Source: Methanotrichaceae archaeon (GTDB taxonomy: Archaea > Halobacteriota > Methanosarcinia > Methanotrichales > Methanotrichaceae). From it: a stretch of DNA of 64,000 nt. This document shows positions 9,268 to 20,119 of this stretch, in pieces (position 1 is the first letter of the stretch; the number at the start of each line of letters is the position of its first letter). The position numbers and the translations under genes are program-made. The notes beneath the pieces were generated by a model that was not told where the DNA came from, ran no database searches, and worked only from the letters and a program-made list of their open reading frames with translations. The stretch lies in assembly GCA_963803145.1 (NCBI GenBank), contig CAWDLW010000008.1:288001-352000 (forward strand), written 5' to 3'.

Positions 9268-9798
9268 TTGAGGCTACTGGTCCTACCCGAAGAGCTACGA
9301 TCTGATCTGAAGAATCCGCTAGGGCGATTATGCAAAGGCAATGGCCTTGAATGCATAAATGCCATGAATTCGGAGCTGAAGGCCGCGAGGAAGGTAGCTG
9401 CTGTCGGAGATATGACCGCCTTTTACCTTCTTGAGTCTGGCATGCAGCCGGATCTTATCATCGTGGATCATAAGACCAAGAGGACGCAGACACCTGAGCA
9501 TATCAAGCAGAGCTTAATGCAGGATAGGTATAAAACAGTGGAGGTCGTGAACCCTCCTGCCACATTGACCAGAGATCTCCTGGATGCGATCAACAATTCG
9601 CTAAGCGGCAATGAGAGAACAAAGATTGTGGTCGATGGCGAAGAGGATTTGGCTACTTTGCCTGTGATCCTGTATGCTCCCTTGGGGTCCGTAGTGGTCT
9701 ACGGCCAGCCCAATGAGGGAAGCGTCATTGTCAATGTTACCCCTGAGAAGAAGGCGCAGATCAAAAACTTAATGGATAAAATGATTGTAGAGGAATGA
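9268..9798 (+). CDS. GTP-dependent dephospho-CoA kinase (DUF359)
   Basis: LKNPLG, VGD, VNPPATLT, VDGEEDLATLP, YGQPNEG. Confidence 0.88.
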   Translation: MRLLVLPEELRSDLKNPLGRLCKGNGLECINAMNSELKAARKVAAVGDMTAFYLLESGMQPDLIIVDHKTKRTQTPEHIKQSLMQDRYKTVEVVNPPATLTRDLLDAINNSLSGNERTKIVVDGEEDLATLPVILYAPLGSVVVYGQPNEGSVIVNVTPEKKAQIKNLMDKMIVEE

Positions 9799-10127
9799 GG
9801 ATGGATATACAGGTTATTCAAGAGAAGAACAACCCGATGCTTAACAGGCGTGAGATTGTCTTCAAAGTCACCTATGATGAGGCTACCCCATCTAGGAAAA
9901 GCATAGTCGATAAGATAGCTGCCACTATGAACTCAAAGCAGGGACTTGTGATAATAGACAATATCAAGACAGAGTTCGGCAAGCGTGAGGGCATTGGATA
10001 TGCGAAGATCTATGAGAATGCCGATAGAGTTAAGCAGGTCGAGAGACCGCATATTATAGAGAGAAATATGTTCAACAAGCCTGAGGCTGGAGCGAAAACC
10101 GAGGAAGCCAAGAAGGAGGCAAGCTAG
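9795..10127 (+). CDS. rps24e: 30S ribosomal protein S24e
   Basis: NPMLNRREI...TPSR...TEFG...GYAKIY. Confidence 0.95.
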   Translation: MRMDIQVIQEKNNPMLNRREIVFKVTYDEATPSRKSIVDKIAATMNSKQGLVIIDNIKTEFGKREGIGYAKIYENADRVKQVERPHIIERNMFNKPEAGAKTEEAKKEAS

Positions 10128-10277
10128 ATGGGCGTTGGAAAGTACTATGAAGTCAGTGGAGATACTGTCAAGGCAAAGAAGCCTGTATGCCCACGATGTG
10201 GCAATGGTGTTTTTCTCGCCGAGCATGCTGAGAGAGTCGCTTGCGGAAAGTGCGGTTACACTGAGTTCAAGAAGTAG
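10128..10277 (+). CDS. rps27ae: 30S ribosomal protein S27ae
   Basis: Not in ORF track (49 aa). [49 protein letters not shown]. Confidence 0.95.
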   Translation: MGVGKYYEVSGDTVKAKKPVCPRCGNGVFLAEHAERVACGKCGYTEFKK

Positions 10278-10379
10278 ATCTGCCGATCTAGCTTCTTTAT
10301 TTTACCAAGCCAATACCAAGCAAAGCCAAATGCCAGCACTTATTTAAGCAAGAAGCCATAACTAGCATAGGGTGCAAAT

Positions 10380-11168
10380 TTGGCAGCATTTGATGTTAAT
10401 ATCATCATAGCTCTGATTATAGTAATAATAATTCTCTCTCAAGCAATAAAGATCGTAAGAGAGTATGAGCGGGTGGTGATCTTCCGTCTGGGTCGATTCA
10501 GCGGCGTGAAAGGCCCAGGGATATTCTTCATAATCCCCATAATCGATCGCGTAATGCAGCTTGATCTGCGAGTTGTCACCATTGATGTCGCAAAGCAGGT
10601 GGTCATAACTAGGGATAATGTCACCGTCGACGTGGACGCTGTGATATATTATAGGGTCGTAGATCCCGAGAGAGCGATTATTCAGGTTGAGAACTATAAG
10701 ATGGCAACGAGCCTGCTTGCCCAGACTACACTCAGAGATGTCCTTGGTCAGATAGACTTGGATGACCTGCTATCCAAGCGTGAAGAGCTGAATAAAAAGC
10801 TACAGGCGATATTGGATCAGCATACTGACCCCTGGGGTATCAAGGTGACAGCTGTGACCCTCAGGGATGTAAGCCTGCCTGAGGAGATGCTGAGAGCAAT
10901 AGCCAAGCAGGCAGAGGCCGAGAGGGAAAAGAGGTCCCGCATAATCCTGGCAGAGGGAGAGTTCCAGGCATCCAAGACAATGACTGAGGCTGCCAAGCTC
11001 TATGGTGAAGCACCTGTGGCAATAAGGCTAAGAGAGCTTCAGACTCTTGCCGAGATAGCCAGGGAGAAGAACCTCATAGTAGTAACGCCAAGCGGCGAGA
11101 CGGGCACAGGCGCAGTGGCAGGTCTCACTGCTGCCATCAATAGGGCGACATCCAATAAGGGACAATGA
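10380..11168 (+). CDS. Stomatin/SPFH (slipin) protein
   Basis: REYERVVIFRLGR...GPG...ITRDNVTVDVDAV...DPWGIKV...QAEAEREKR. Confidence 0.92.
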   Translation: MAAFDVNIIIALIIVIIILSQAIKIVREYERVVIFRLGRFSGVKGPGIFFIIPIIDRVMQLDLRVVTIDVAKQVVITRDNVTVDVDAVIYYRVVDPERAIIQVENYKMATSLLAQTTLRDVLGQIDLDDLLSKREELNKKLQAILDQHTDPWGIKVTAVTLRDVSLPEEMLRAIAKQAEAEREKRSRIILAEGEFQASKTMTEAAKLYGEAPVAIRLRELQTLAEIAREKNLIVVTPSGETGTGAVAGLTAAINRATSNKGQ

Positions 11169-12505
11169 GATCTGTCAGGCCTACATTAGGCTTTATCGAG
11201 AAGCCGTGCTTCTCGATAAGGTGTGCCCAAAGGGCTTTGTTATTTTTAATATTACTGTTACTGCTAATGGGCGGATCTGCTTATGCAGAGGGACCCGTCC
11301 TGGCAGTCAAGCTCGATGGAGCCATCACCCCTGCAAGTGATGATGTTATCCGCGCTGCCGTTTTAGAGGCCGAATCAGGAAACTATCAGGCCATGATTGT
11401 CATCCTGAATACGCCAGGCGGCGGCTTGACAGAGACAATGGACATAATCGGCCAGATAGAGAATACAAGTCTCCCGGTGATCGGATATGTTTATCCCGAG
11501 GGTGCAACTGCATGGTCTGCAGGCACGATAATCCTCATGTCATCAGATGTGGCTGCGATGAGCCCTCACACAATCATCGGCTCAGCCCAGCCTGTTGAGC
11601 TCTCGCCTACGGGTGGAACTACGCCGATAAACGATACAAAGACCATTAATGCTATAGTTGCCCTGATAGAAGAGAAGGCGAGGGTACACGGCCGGAACAC
11701 AACTGCAGCGGGTGCGTTTGTTCTTAAAAACCTGAACTTAAACGCCGATGACGCAAAAAAATACGGAGTTGTCGAGTATGTCAGCTCCGACCCTCAGGAT
11801 TTGCTGCGACAGGTGAACGGCCTCAAAATAAAGAATACTACCCTCAGTACTGCTGGTTCACAGGTTCAATACTTTGAGCCACCCCTCGGTCTATCTCTAC
11901 TGATGATCCTTTCAGATCCGATGCTGGCAGGGATATTGCTATTGATTGGGCTATATGCTCTTATATTTGGGCTCTCCAGCCCAGGCTGGGGGGCAGAGGC
12001 CTTCGGAGCGATCTCACTCACGCTCGGTCTAATCGGTCTGGGATTCGATGTGAACTTTGCAGCTTTAGTCCTAATCGCTCTTGGGGCAGGGCTGATCCTG
12101 TTTGAGATCCACAGCCATGCATTTGGGATCCTGGCAGCAGCTGGCCTGATCTGCATAATCGTCGGAAGTATTTTGCTGGTGCCGACAAGCTTTCCCGAGT
12201 GGTATTTACCAGGCCAGTATCAGCGCTCTCTGGCTACTGCTTTCATTGTGCCATCACTTATTTTGGGAGCATTCCTGGCATTTGTAGTTTATAAGGTTGC
12301 ACGAATCAGGTTTGCTCCGCCAGTCACTAATCAATTTGTTGGCGAGGAGGCAGTGGCGATAGAGAAGATTGCGCCCAGAGGCTATGTTCTGTTTCATGGC
12401 GAGTACTGGCGGGCTGAGTCTGACGAGCCGATAAATTCCAGGGAAAAGGTGGTAGTAGTAGATAAAAAAGAATTAGTGCTGAAGGTAAGGCGAAAACAGA
12501 ACTAA
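11165..12505 (+). CDS. nfeD: NfeD family membrane-bound serine protease
   Basis: LNTPGG, AWSAG, IGSAQP ClpP-like domain, TM helices, C-terminal GEYWRAES OB domain. Paired with stomatin. Confidence 0.9.
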   Translation: MRSVRPTLGFIEKPCFSIRCAQRALLFLILLLLLMGGSAYAEGPVLAVKLDGAITPASDDVIRAAVLEAESGNYQAMIVILNTPGGGLTETMDIIGQIENTSLPVIGYVYPEGATAWSAGTIILMSSDVAAMSPHTIIGSAQPVELSPTGGTTPINDTKTINAIVALIEEKARVHGRNTTAAGAFVLKNLNLNADDAKKYGVVEYVSSDPQDLLRQVNGLKIKNTTLSTAGSQVQYFEPPLGLSLLMILSDPMLAGILLLIGLYALIFGLSSPGWGAEAFGAISLTLGLIGLGFDVNFAALVLIALGAGLILFEIHSHAFGILAAAGLICIIVGSILLVPTSFPEWYLPGQYQRSLATAFIVPSLILGAFLAFVVYKVARIRFAPPVTNQFVGEEAVAIEKIAPRGYVLFHGEYWRAESDEPINSREKVVVVDKKELVLKVRRKQN

Positions 12506-12658
12506 AATCGTCCATTTTTCAATTTAGACTCCATCTGCTGTTTTTGATTATTTCTTGGTTTTTAATTGGTAATCCCTTTTATGAATCGATATCCAATCGG
12601 TTAGGGAGAGGTAACTATTTATACAATAAAATGTTATTGTCTAGAGAGGTAGTCAATA

Positions 12659-13234
12659 TTGAAGAGTCAATTAGAAAGGAAAAAGCTTGCAGATATAGTT
12701 GTAATCTTAAAAATGGGCTTATCTTCCTACTACCTGAAGGGCGATGATGAAACAGTGAAGATAATCAATAACAAGGATATCGAAAATGGAAAAATCAATC
12801 CTGATTCTATTGAAAGGGTCTCAGTGAAAAAGACACCTCTTTTAGAAAAATCCCGCATTGAGGCAGGAGATCTCATTGTTACTACCAAAGGGTACAACTT
12901 CAAAGCAGCTATAGCAGATGAATCTGTTGCTGATTTTGTTATAAGCGCTAATCTTATCGCTATCAAGCTATCAAATAATATCCAGCCAGAGATTGTGGCA
13001 GCCTATCTCAACAGTACCCGAGGCCAGCGAGACTTGCAGGCTCTCGCAAGTGGGTCCTCAATTCAGGGTTTAAATGCAAATTCTTTTCTAGAAATTCAAG
13101 TGCCAATACCTCCTTTGCATGAGCAGAAATTGTTGTCAGAATACCTCTTTTTGGCTAAGGAGTATAACAGCCTTCTTAGAAAGGAGATCGAACTGCGAAA
13201 TAAGCTTAATAATACTCTTATTACGCAAATTTGA
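12659..13234 (+). CDS. Single-TRD type I restriction specificity (HsdS-like) protein
   Basis: EAGDLIVTTKG...YLNS...GSSIQGLN...IQVPIPPLHEQK: one TRD plus helix, directly upstream of hsdM. Confidence 0.7.
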   Translation: MKSQLERKKLADIVVILKMGLSSYYLKGDDETVKIINNKDIENGKINPDSIERVSVKKTPLLEKSRIEAGDLIVTTKGYNFKAAIADESVADFVISANLIAIKLSNNIQPEIVAAYLNSTRGQRDLQALASGSSIQGLNANSFLEIQVPIPPLHEQKLLSEYLFLAKEYNSLLRKEIELRNKLNNTLITQI

Positions 13235-13243
13235 GGGGACGTT

Positions 13244-14740
13244 ATGGCGAAAATTACTATTGAGGAAATGAAATCAAAGGTTTGGGGTGCTGCAGATATC
13301 CTTCGCGGATCTATCGATTCAGCGGATTATAAAAATTATATTTTTGGGATGCTTTTTTTGAAAAGGCTCTCTGATGTATTCGAGGAGGAGGCCGAGAAGA
13401 TCCAAGCCGAGACCGGAGACAAAGATCTCGCATGGAATGATCCTGACGAACATCAGTTCTATGTTCCAGAGAGAGCTCGCTGGGAAAATATCAGGAAGCT
13501 GGCGCTCAATATAGGGGACGAGCTTAATAAGGCATGTTCAGCTCTTGAGGACCAAAACCGCATTATGGAGGGAGTGCTGGAATCCATTGATTTCAATTCC
13601 GATAGGCTGGGAGATACAAAGCAGAGAGATACAACCCTGATCAAGCTTATCCAGCATTTTTCGAGCATTCCCATGAAGAACAGCAATCTAGCTGAGCCGG
13701 ATATGCTAGGCAGAGTTTATGAGTACTTGATCGAACAGTTCGCAGATGATGCGGGCAAGAAAGGTGGCGAGTTCTACACACCGAGAAATGTCGTTCAGCT
13801 GATAGTTGCATTGCTAGAGCCACAAGAGGGCATGCGTATCTGCGATCCAGCCTGCGGTTCAGGCGGCATGCTCATCGAGAGCGCAAAGTACGTGGAGCGC
13901 CATGAAGGAAACCCCAAGAACCTCTCTCTCTACGGTCAGGAGAAGAACATCGGAACATGGGGCATCTGCAAGATGAATATGTTGTTGCACGGCATCCCGG
14001 ATGCAGATATCAGGAAGGGAGATGTTATTCGTGATCCCAAGTTCCTTCTAGATGGCCAGCTTATGCTTTTCGATAGGGTGATCGCCAACCCGCCATTTTC
14101 GCTGAAGAACTGGGGCTATGAAGAGGCGCAGGATGACGGCTTTGGGAGGTTCCGCTATGGAATCCCGCCAAAGACAAAGGGCGACTTTGCCTTCGTGGAG
14201 CACATGATCTCCACTCTCAACCAGGAAGGTCGGATGGGAGTGGTTGTTCCTCACGGGGTGCTATTCAGGGGTGGCTCGGAGGGCAAGATCAGAGAGAGCA
14301 TTCTGAGGGAAGACCTCATCGAGGCCATCGTAGGTCTGCCTTCGAAGCTTTTCTACGGCACGGGTATTCCTGCAGCCATAATAGTAGTGAACAAGAACAA
14401 ACCGCCTGAAAGGCAGGATTCGATTCTCTTTATCGATGCCTCCAGGGAATTTCATGAGGGCAAGAACCAGAATACCCTCAGGCTTGAGGATATTGAGAAA
14501 GTCGTTTGGGCTTACAAGAGTTTCAAGGATATTACCAAGTACTGTCGGGTTGTGCCAATCTCAGAGATCGAGGAGAACGACTACAACCTGAACATCTCAC
14601 GCTATGTGGATACTGCGCCTGAGGAGAAGCCCATTGATGTGGCTGCCACACTTCGGGAGCTGAGAGAGTTGGAGGCCAAGCGCAGGGAGATCGAGGCTAA
14701 GATGAACGGGTATCTGAGAGAGTTGGGGTACGAGACTTGA
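13244..14740 (+). CDS. hsdM: Type I R-M m6A methyltransferase subunit M
   Basis: WGAADILRG, GEFYTP, DPACGSGG (motif I), NPPF (motif IV), LFYGTGIP, YNLNISRY. Confidence 0.96.
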   Translation: MAKITIEEMKSKVWGAADILRGSIDSADYKNYIFGMLFLKRLSDVFEEEAEKIQAETGDKDLAWNDPDEHQFYVPERARWENIRKLALNIGDELNKACSALEDQNRIMEGVLESIDFNSDRLGDTKQRDTTLIKLIQHFSSIPMKNSNLAEPDMLGRVYEYLIEQFADDAGKKGGEFYTPRNVVQLIVALLEPQEGMRICDPACGSGGMLIESAKYVERHEGNPKNLSLYGQEKNIGTWGICKMNMLLHGIPDADIRKGDVIRDPKFLLDGQLMLFDRVIANPPFSLKNWGYEEAQDDGFGRFRYGIPPKTKGDFAFVEHMISTLNQEGRMGVVVPHGVLFRGGSEGKIRESILREDLIEAIVGLPSKLFYGTGIPAAIIVVNKNKPPERQDSILFIDASREFHEGKNQNTLRLEDIEKVVWAYKSFKDITKYCRVVPISEIEENDYNLNISRYVDTAPEEKPIDVAATLRELRELEAKRREIEAKMNGYLRELGYET

Positions 14741-15273
14741 AGGGCAATATGAACACAAATTTGTCAGATATCCCAAAAGGCTATAAAGAAACTCCAATCG
14801 GAACTCTGCCTGATGATTGGAACGTAACTAGGTTAATAGATGCAGTAGGAAAGAAGAAAGATCTTATCGTCGCAGGGCCATTTGGTTCAAATCTAAAGGT
14901 GTCTGACTATATAGAGGAAGGCGTCCCAATAATCAGGCTTCAAAATATTGACTATGGATTATTTATAAATAAGGATATCAAATTCATATCTCATAACAAG
15001 GCTAAAGAGCTTAGCTATCATTCTTTCAAAGGCGGGGACCTTGTTCTTGCTAAATTAGGTGATCCGATCGGAAAGACTTGTATTGTACCCGATTACTTGG
15101 GAAAAGGTATCGTTGTAGCCGATGTGGTAAGGATAAGAATTGATAATAAGAGTATTGATAAAAAATTCATCATGAATGTACTAAATTATACGACCACTCA
15201 AAGACAGGTGAATAATGGCACAATTGGCTCGACTAGACCTAGAGTAAATTTAGATCAAATAAGGAATATATTA

Positions 15274-16356
15274 TAGTTAATCATTGAGCTTATTGCCCTA
15301 TAGATACATTTAATAATTAATGCGTGAAAATACATAGGCATGGGTAGAAAACCTATAATAATTAGGCATATATCAAAGATAGACCTTGATAAATTATATA
15401 AAAAAGAGACTGATCTAAGGATTAAGGAACGGTTATTGGCAATAATACATTTATATGAAGGGAAAAACGTATATGAGGTAGCTGATATTTTAAAAAGGGG
15501 CGAGAGGACAATAAAATATTGGTTAAGCAGATGGAATAATCAAGGCTATAATGGATTGACACCAAAGAATAGAAATGGCAAAAAGCCAAAGATGTCTCTT
15601 GATGAATGGGATAGAGTTATTAAAGAAATTGAAGACAAAGGAATGACGATAAAAGACGTATTAAAATATGTAAGGGATACAAGAGGTATAGATTTTTCAT
15701 ATAAATATGGCTGGCGAATTTTAAGAGTAGTGAAAAAAGTTAAGTATGGGAAACCATACATCAGAAATGAAAAGAGGCCTGCAGATGCAGAAAGTTTTTT
15801 AAAAAAGGATAAAATCAGTGCTGACCACTGTTACTGATCCTGTTATAGGATTTCTTGATGAAAGCTCTTTACAACAGCGCCCTAATACACGTAGAGTCTT
15901 AAACACTCATTTAATAAATTATAAACCTGGAAAGGTTAGATCAAGAACTATTTTTGGATTTATAGCATTAAATGGCAATGATGAGGTTATGGTTTCCAAC
16001 TCCTCTAAGAAGGAAGCGTTGATGGCATTTGCTCAAAATATAAGAAATAATAATATTATGAGGCCAATTTGTATACTTTTAGATAATGCTAGAATTCATT
16101 TGGCCAAGAAATTTAGAAAACTAGCTGAGGAAATCGATATTCACTTAATTTATAATATCCCCTATTCACCAGATTTGAATCCTATAGAATTCGGTTGGAA
16201 GGATTTCAAAAGAGAGATCGCCAAATACACTGATTTCGATGAAGCTATTATAGCTAGCCAAGATTGCGCTTTAGAAATATTTTATTCCAAAAAGGATGGA
16301 TATTCAAAGTCCTGGGTGGAGCGATTTCTTAGTGCAAAAAGCTAGGAGATTAACTA
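15274..16356 (+). mobile_element. IS630 family insertion sequence
   Basis: TA duplication at 15272-73 and 16357-58. Imperfect 27-bp TIRs (TAGTTAATC...AGCTT.TTGC.CTA). AT-rich. Confidence 0.92.
15340..16345 (+). CDS. IS630 transposase in two frames (HTH 15340..15837; DDE ~15803..16345)
   Basis: HTH ORF, then a DDE ORF with FLDES, LDNARIH and PYSPDLNPIEFGW. The frames join at TTTTTTAAAAAAG (15795-15807). Confidence 0.85.
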
Positions 16357-17154
16357 TAATTCCGCTTCCTGGACCATCTGAGCGATATAAGATCATAGCA
16401 ATCCTTTCAGCGGTAGATGAGACTATCGAAAAAACCAATGCTATTGCCTCGCGGATGGAACAAGTTAGGACATACCTAGCGCAGGAATTGTTTAGTAAAG
16501 GCATTGAGCATAAAGAATTCAAGAACACTTCGATCGGATGGCTCCCTAAAATTTGGGGTACTATAGAATTAAAAGATTTATGCTCTTCGATAATCGATTG
16601 CCCGCATAGCACTCCAAGATTTACAGATAAAGGTGTTCTAGTTATCAGGACTCCTAATGTAAGAAGGGGGACGTTGAGCTTAAGCGAGCCCTCGTTTACA
16701 TCTGAAAGTGAGTATAATAATAGAATAGAGAGAGAAATCCCCCAAGCAGATGACATTTTGTTTACAAGAGAAGCTCCCATCGGGGAAGCTTGTTTAGTCC
16801 CACCCAATCTAAAATGTTGTCTTGGACAGAGGATGATGCTATTTAGGCCAAATAAACCATTAATACGAAGCTATTTTCTGCTCGAGGCACTTTACTCAAA
16901 AAATGTGCAACAACAAATATTATTTAAATCTGCTGGATTAACGGCCAAGCATCTCAATGTCTCTGATGTTAAAAAGATTTTAGTGCCTTATCCGCCTGTT
17001 GCGGAGCAGGATAGGATCATAGGAATTATTTCTTCTTTAAATGAAAAGCTAGCGCTAGCAACTGAAAAGAAACACCTCCAGTGCCTTAAAGAACTTAAGC
17101 GTGGCCTCATGCAGGACCTCCTCACAGGTAAAGTCCGGGTTAAGGTGAACGGCC

Positions 17155-20118
17155 ATGCCTGACCAGAAGGAGATCCTTGAGGTTGAGGACCCAGCGGTTG
17201 AGGTTCTTACTCAGCATTTGGGCTGGACGGAGATCGATTCTAATAAGGCTAATGAGATGAGAGATTCTTTGAAGCAGCCCATTCTTATCCCTACTTTTTT
17301 GGAGGCAGTAAAAAGAATCAATCCCTGGATCTCTAAGGAAAACGCCCAGCGTGTGCTCCGTAGCATCCTCAGCCCTCAGGCAACCTCCGTACTGGAGGCG
17401 AACGAAATGATCCACTCCATGCTCGAGCGTGGAACAACAGTTAAGCAAGATCTCAAAGACGGTCTGGGGCTGAAGAACAGAGATGTTTTCCTCATCGATT
17501 ATGATAACATCAATAATAATCAGTTCCACGTAGTCCGCCATTTTCAGGTGAAGCATTACGATGATTGCTTCCCGGACATAGTGCTTTTCGTCAACGGCAT
17601 GCCCATAGTAGTCATAGAATGCAAGAGCCCTTACAATAGCCGTGACCCCATGAAGTTGGGAATAGAGCGGCTTTTCAGATATCAGGAGATGGAGGATCGC
17701 TTCAAGAATCTGGGGTGCCCTCAGCTTTTCAATACAGCACAAATTGTTGTCTCCACATTCAGGGATAGGGTGAAATATGCCACCAATTTTACCCCTGTGC
17801 GCCATTGGTCGGAGTGGAAAGATCCCTATCCATTGACCAAGATGGACGTGGCAAAGAGGCTGAATTACATCGTTGATCCGGATAAGATCAAGGACCAGGA
17901 GATATTTCTCTTCGGCGTATGCTCTAAAGAAAACCTGCTGGATCTCATTCGCAACTTCGTGGTATTCGAGAGGGAAAAGGGTGAAGTAGTCAAGAAGCTG
18001 GCTAAATATCCTCAGTTCCGAGCGGTCAACAAGACTCTAAAGAGGATCGATGAAAGAAAGACGGGCGGTATCATATGGCACTGGCAGGGAAGCGGCAAAA
18101 GCCTTTCCATGCTCTGGACTGCAGTCAAGCTACGACGCATACAATCCTTGGAAAATCCTACGATGGTCATTGTAACAGATCGGCGGGACCTGGATGAGCA
18201 GATTCGAAGCACCTTCGAACGTTGCGGATTTCCCAATCCAGTTAAGGCAAAAACTTCAAAGAAGCTACAGGCGCTGCTGAGCAATCCAGTCGGCCAAACT
18301 ATTACTACCACAGTGCAAAAGTTCCAGGATGCTGCAGAAGTATACCCCACACTTAGCGAGAACTCCAACATCTTTGTTCTGGTAGACGAGGCCCACCGAA
18401 GCCAATACAGATCTTTGGCAGCGAATATGAGAAGAGCGCTTCCTAATGCATGTTTCCTTGGATTCACAGGTACGCCGCTCTTCAAGAAAGAACGTGATAC
18501 TTTCAGGACCTTTGGCTCATACATAGATAGGTATGATCACATCCAATCTGTAGGAGATGAAATCACGGTGCCTATCTTCTACGAAGGGCGCATGCCTGAG
18601 CTTCAGGTCAGTAGCAATTCCATAGATACCCTGCTTAAGCGCCTATTTCCCGATTATAGCGAGGAAGATTTGGATCGCATAAAGAAAAAATATGCAAACA
18701 TGGAAGCAATAGCTGGATCCAAGACTCTGATCAAAGAGATTGCCCTTGATATTATCAATCACTATGAGAGCTACATACTGCCTAACGGATTCAAAGCCCA
18801 GATTGTTGCTGTCAACCGCGAAGCCGCCCTTAGATATAAAGAGGTCTTAGATGAGCTAAATGCTCCCTCCAGCGAAGTGCTAATTTCAGTAATCCCTGCT
18901 GATGAGTCGAGGTACCGTCCTTTCCGGCGATCCAGATTGGATGAAAAGGAGACCATAAGGCGATTCAAGGAAGAAAACGATCCGAAAATACTGATTGTAT
19001 GCGATAAGCTCCTCGCAGGTTTCGATGCTCCTGTAGAGCAGGTGATGTACCTTCACAAGCCGCTCAAGGAGCATAATTTGCTCCAGGCTATGGGCCGAGT
19101 TAATCGCAAATATCACAAAAAAGATTATGGGCTCGTCGTAGATTATTGGGGGGTAGCCGATGAGCTGCAGACAGCTCTAAAGATGTACAGCCAGGATGGA
19201 ATTGTCGATATCGTTACCCTTGATTACAAGAAAGAAATTCTTCCACGGCTTCAGGCTGCCCATCATGCAGCTATGAATTTCTTCAGAGGAGTCTTGCCCC
19301 AAAGGGATGAGGAATCTTTCAAAGAAGCATGCGTTCAATATCTTGAGCCTGAGGACCTCAGAGTCGCTTTTGACCAAAGGTTCCGATTGTTTTCACGTTA
19401 TATGGATATGCTGCTGCCTGATCCCAGAGCCTTAGATTACAGAAAAGATCTGAAATGGCTTGGGGAGATCAGAATAAGAGCCAGAAACAGGTATCGCGAT
19501 GACCAATTAAGCCTTGATGGATGCAGTGAGAAGGTAAAGAAGCTGATTGATGAGACTATCAAGGTAGAAGGGATAACTCAACTAATCGAGCCTACTTCAG
19601 TTTTCTCTAAGAAATTCGATGAAGAGGTTGAGAAGCTATCTACTACAGAAGCAAAGGCAAGCGAGATTGAACATGCCATAAAACATGAGATATCCGTGAA
19701 AATCGATGAAAATCCGGTTTTCTATGAGTCCCTGAGGGAACGTTTACAGCGTTTGATCATTGATTATAGGGAAAATAGAATCAACAGCGCAGAACAGCTA
19801 AAGCTCCTGAGGGATATACTCGAAGAAATAAGAGCGCCTGAAATACGTGCCGCAAAACTGGGTGTTGATACTGATGTTGCTCCGTTTTATGAGTTGATAG
19901 CCGAAAGATCTGAAGATGGAGATGAAACAAAGTCTGTTGCAAAAGAGATCTATCTCTGTCTGAAGGAATTCACCGTGGTAGACTGGCAGCAGAAAGAGGA
20001 TACTAAGAGAGAACTTAGACGCCAGATAAAAAGAATTCTTAGAGCTGCAACCTATCCTGCAGATAATATCCAGGATATGACTGCACGAATAATGGATTTG
20101 GCTGCCAGGAGGTTCTAA
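17155..20118 (+). CDS. hsdR: Type I R-M restriction subunit R
   Basis: PDIVLFVNGMPIVVIECK nuclease motif, WHWQGSGKS, DEAHRSQY, FTGTP, GFDAP, QAMGRVNR. Confidence 0.96.
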   Translation: MPDQKEILEVEDPAVEVLTQHLGWTEIDSNKANEMRDSLKQPILIPTFLEAVKRINPWISKENAQRVLRSILSPQATSVLEANEMIHSMLERGTTVKQDLKDGLGLKNRDVFLIDYDNINNNQFHVVRHFQVKHYDDCFPDIVLFVNGMPIVVIECKSPYNSRDPMKLGIERLFRYQEMEDRFKNLGCPQLFNTAQIVVSTFRDRVKYATNFTPVRHWSEWKDPYPLTKMDVAKRLNYIVDPDKIKDQEIFLFGVCSKENLLDLIRNFVVFEREKGEVVKKLAKYPQFRAVNKTLKRIDERKTGGIIWHWQGSGKSLSMLWTAVKLRRIQSLENPTMVIVTDRRDLDEQIRSTFERCGFPNPVKAKTSKKLQALLSNPVGQTITTTVQKFQDAAEVYPTLSENSNIFVLVDEAHRSQYRSLAANMRRALPNACFLGFTGTPLFKKERDTFRTFGSYIDRYDHIQSVGDEITVPIFYEGRMPELQVSSNSIDTLLKRLFPDYSEEDLDRIKKKYANMEAIAGSKTLIKEIALDIINHYESYILPNGFKAQIVAVNREAALRYKEVLDELNAPSSEVLISVIPADESRYRPFRRSRLDEKETIRRFKEENDPKILIVCDKLLAGFDAPVEQVMYLHKPLKEHNLLQAMGRVNRKYHKKDYGLVVDYWGVADELQTALKMYSQDGIVDIVTLDYKKEILPRLQAAHHAAMNFFRGVLPQRDEESFKEACVQYLEPEDLRVAFDQRFRLFSRYMDMLLPDPRALDYRKDLKWLGEIRIRARNRYRDDQLSLDGCSEKVKKLIDETIKVEGITQLIEPTSVFSKKFDEEVEKLSTTEAKASEIEHAIKHEISVKIDENPVFYESLRERLQRLIIDYRENRINSAEQLKLLRDILEEIRAPEIRAAKLGVDTDVAPFYELIAERSEDGDETKSVAKEIYLCLKEFTVVDWQQKEDTKRELRRQIKRILRAATYPADNIQDMTARIMDLAARRF

Positions 20119-20119
20119 G

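Larger units (their letters stand above)
14737..17162 (+). pseudogene. hsdS: Type I R-M specificity subunit S interrupted by IS630
   Basis: Joining 14737..15273 to 16359..17162 restores one 446-aa frame (...QIRNIL|IPLPGPSERYKI...KRGLMQDLLTGKVRV) with two TRDs. Confidence 0.9.

Noticed and set aside
10135-10347. 70-aa ORF after rps24e
   Set aside because: Wrong frame. The real gene is S27ae at 10128..10277.
17140-18524. Long antisense ORFs (221 aa, 170 aa) over hsdR
   Set aside because: Shadow ORFs with no recognisable motifs.
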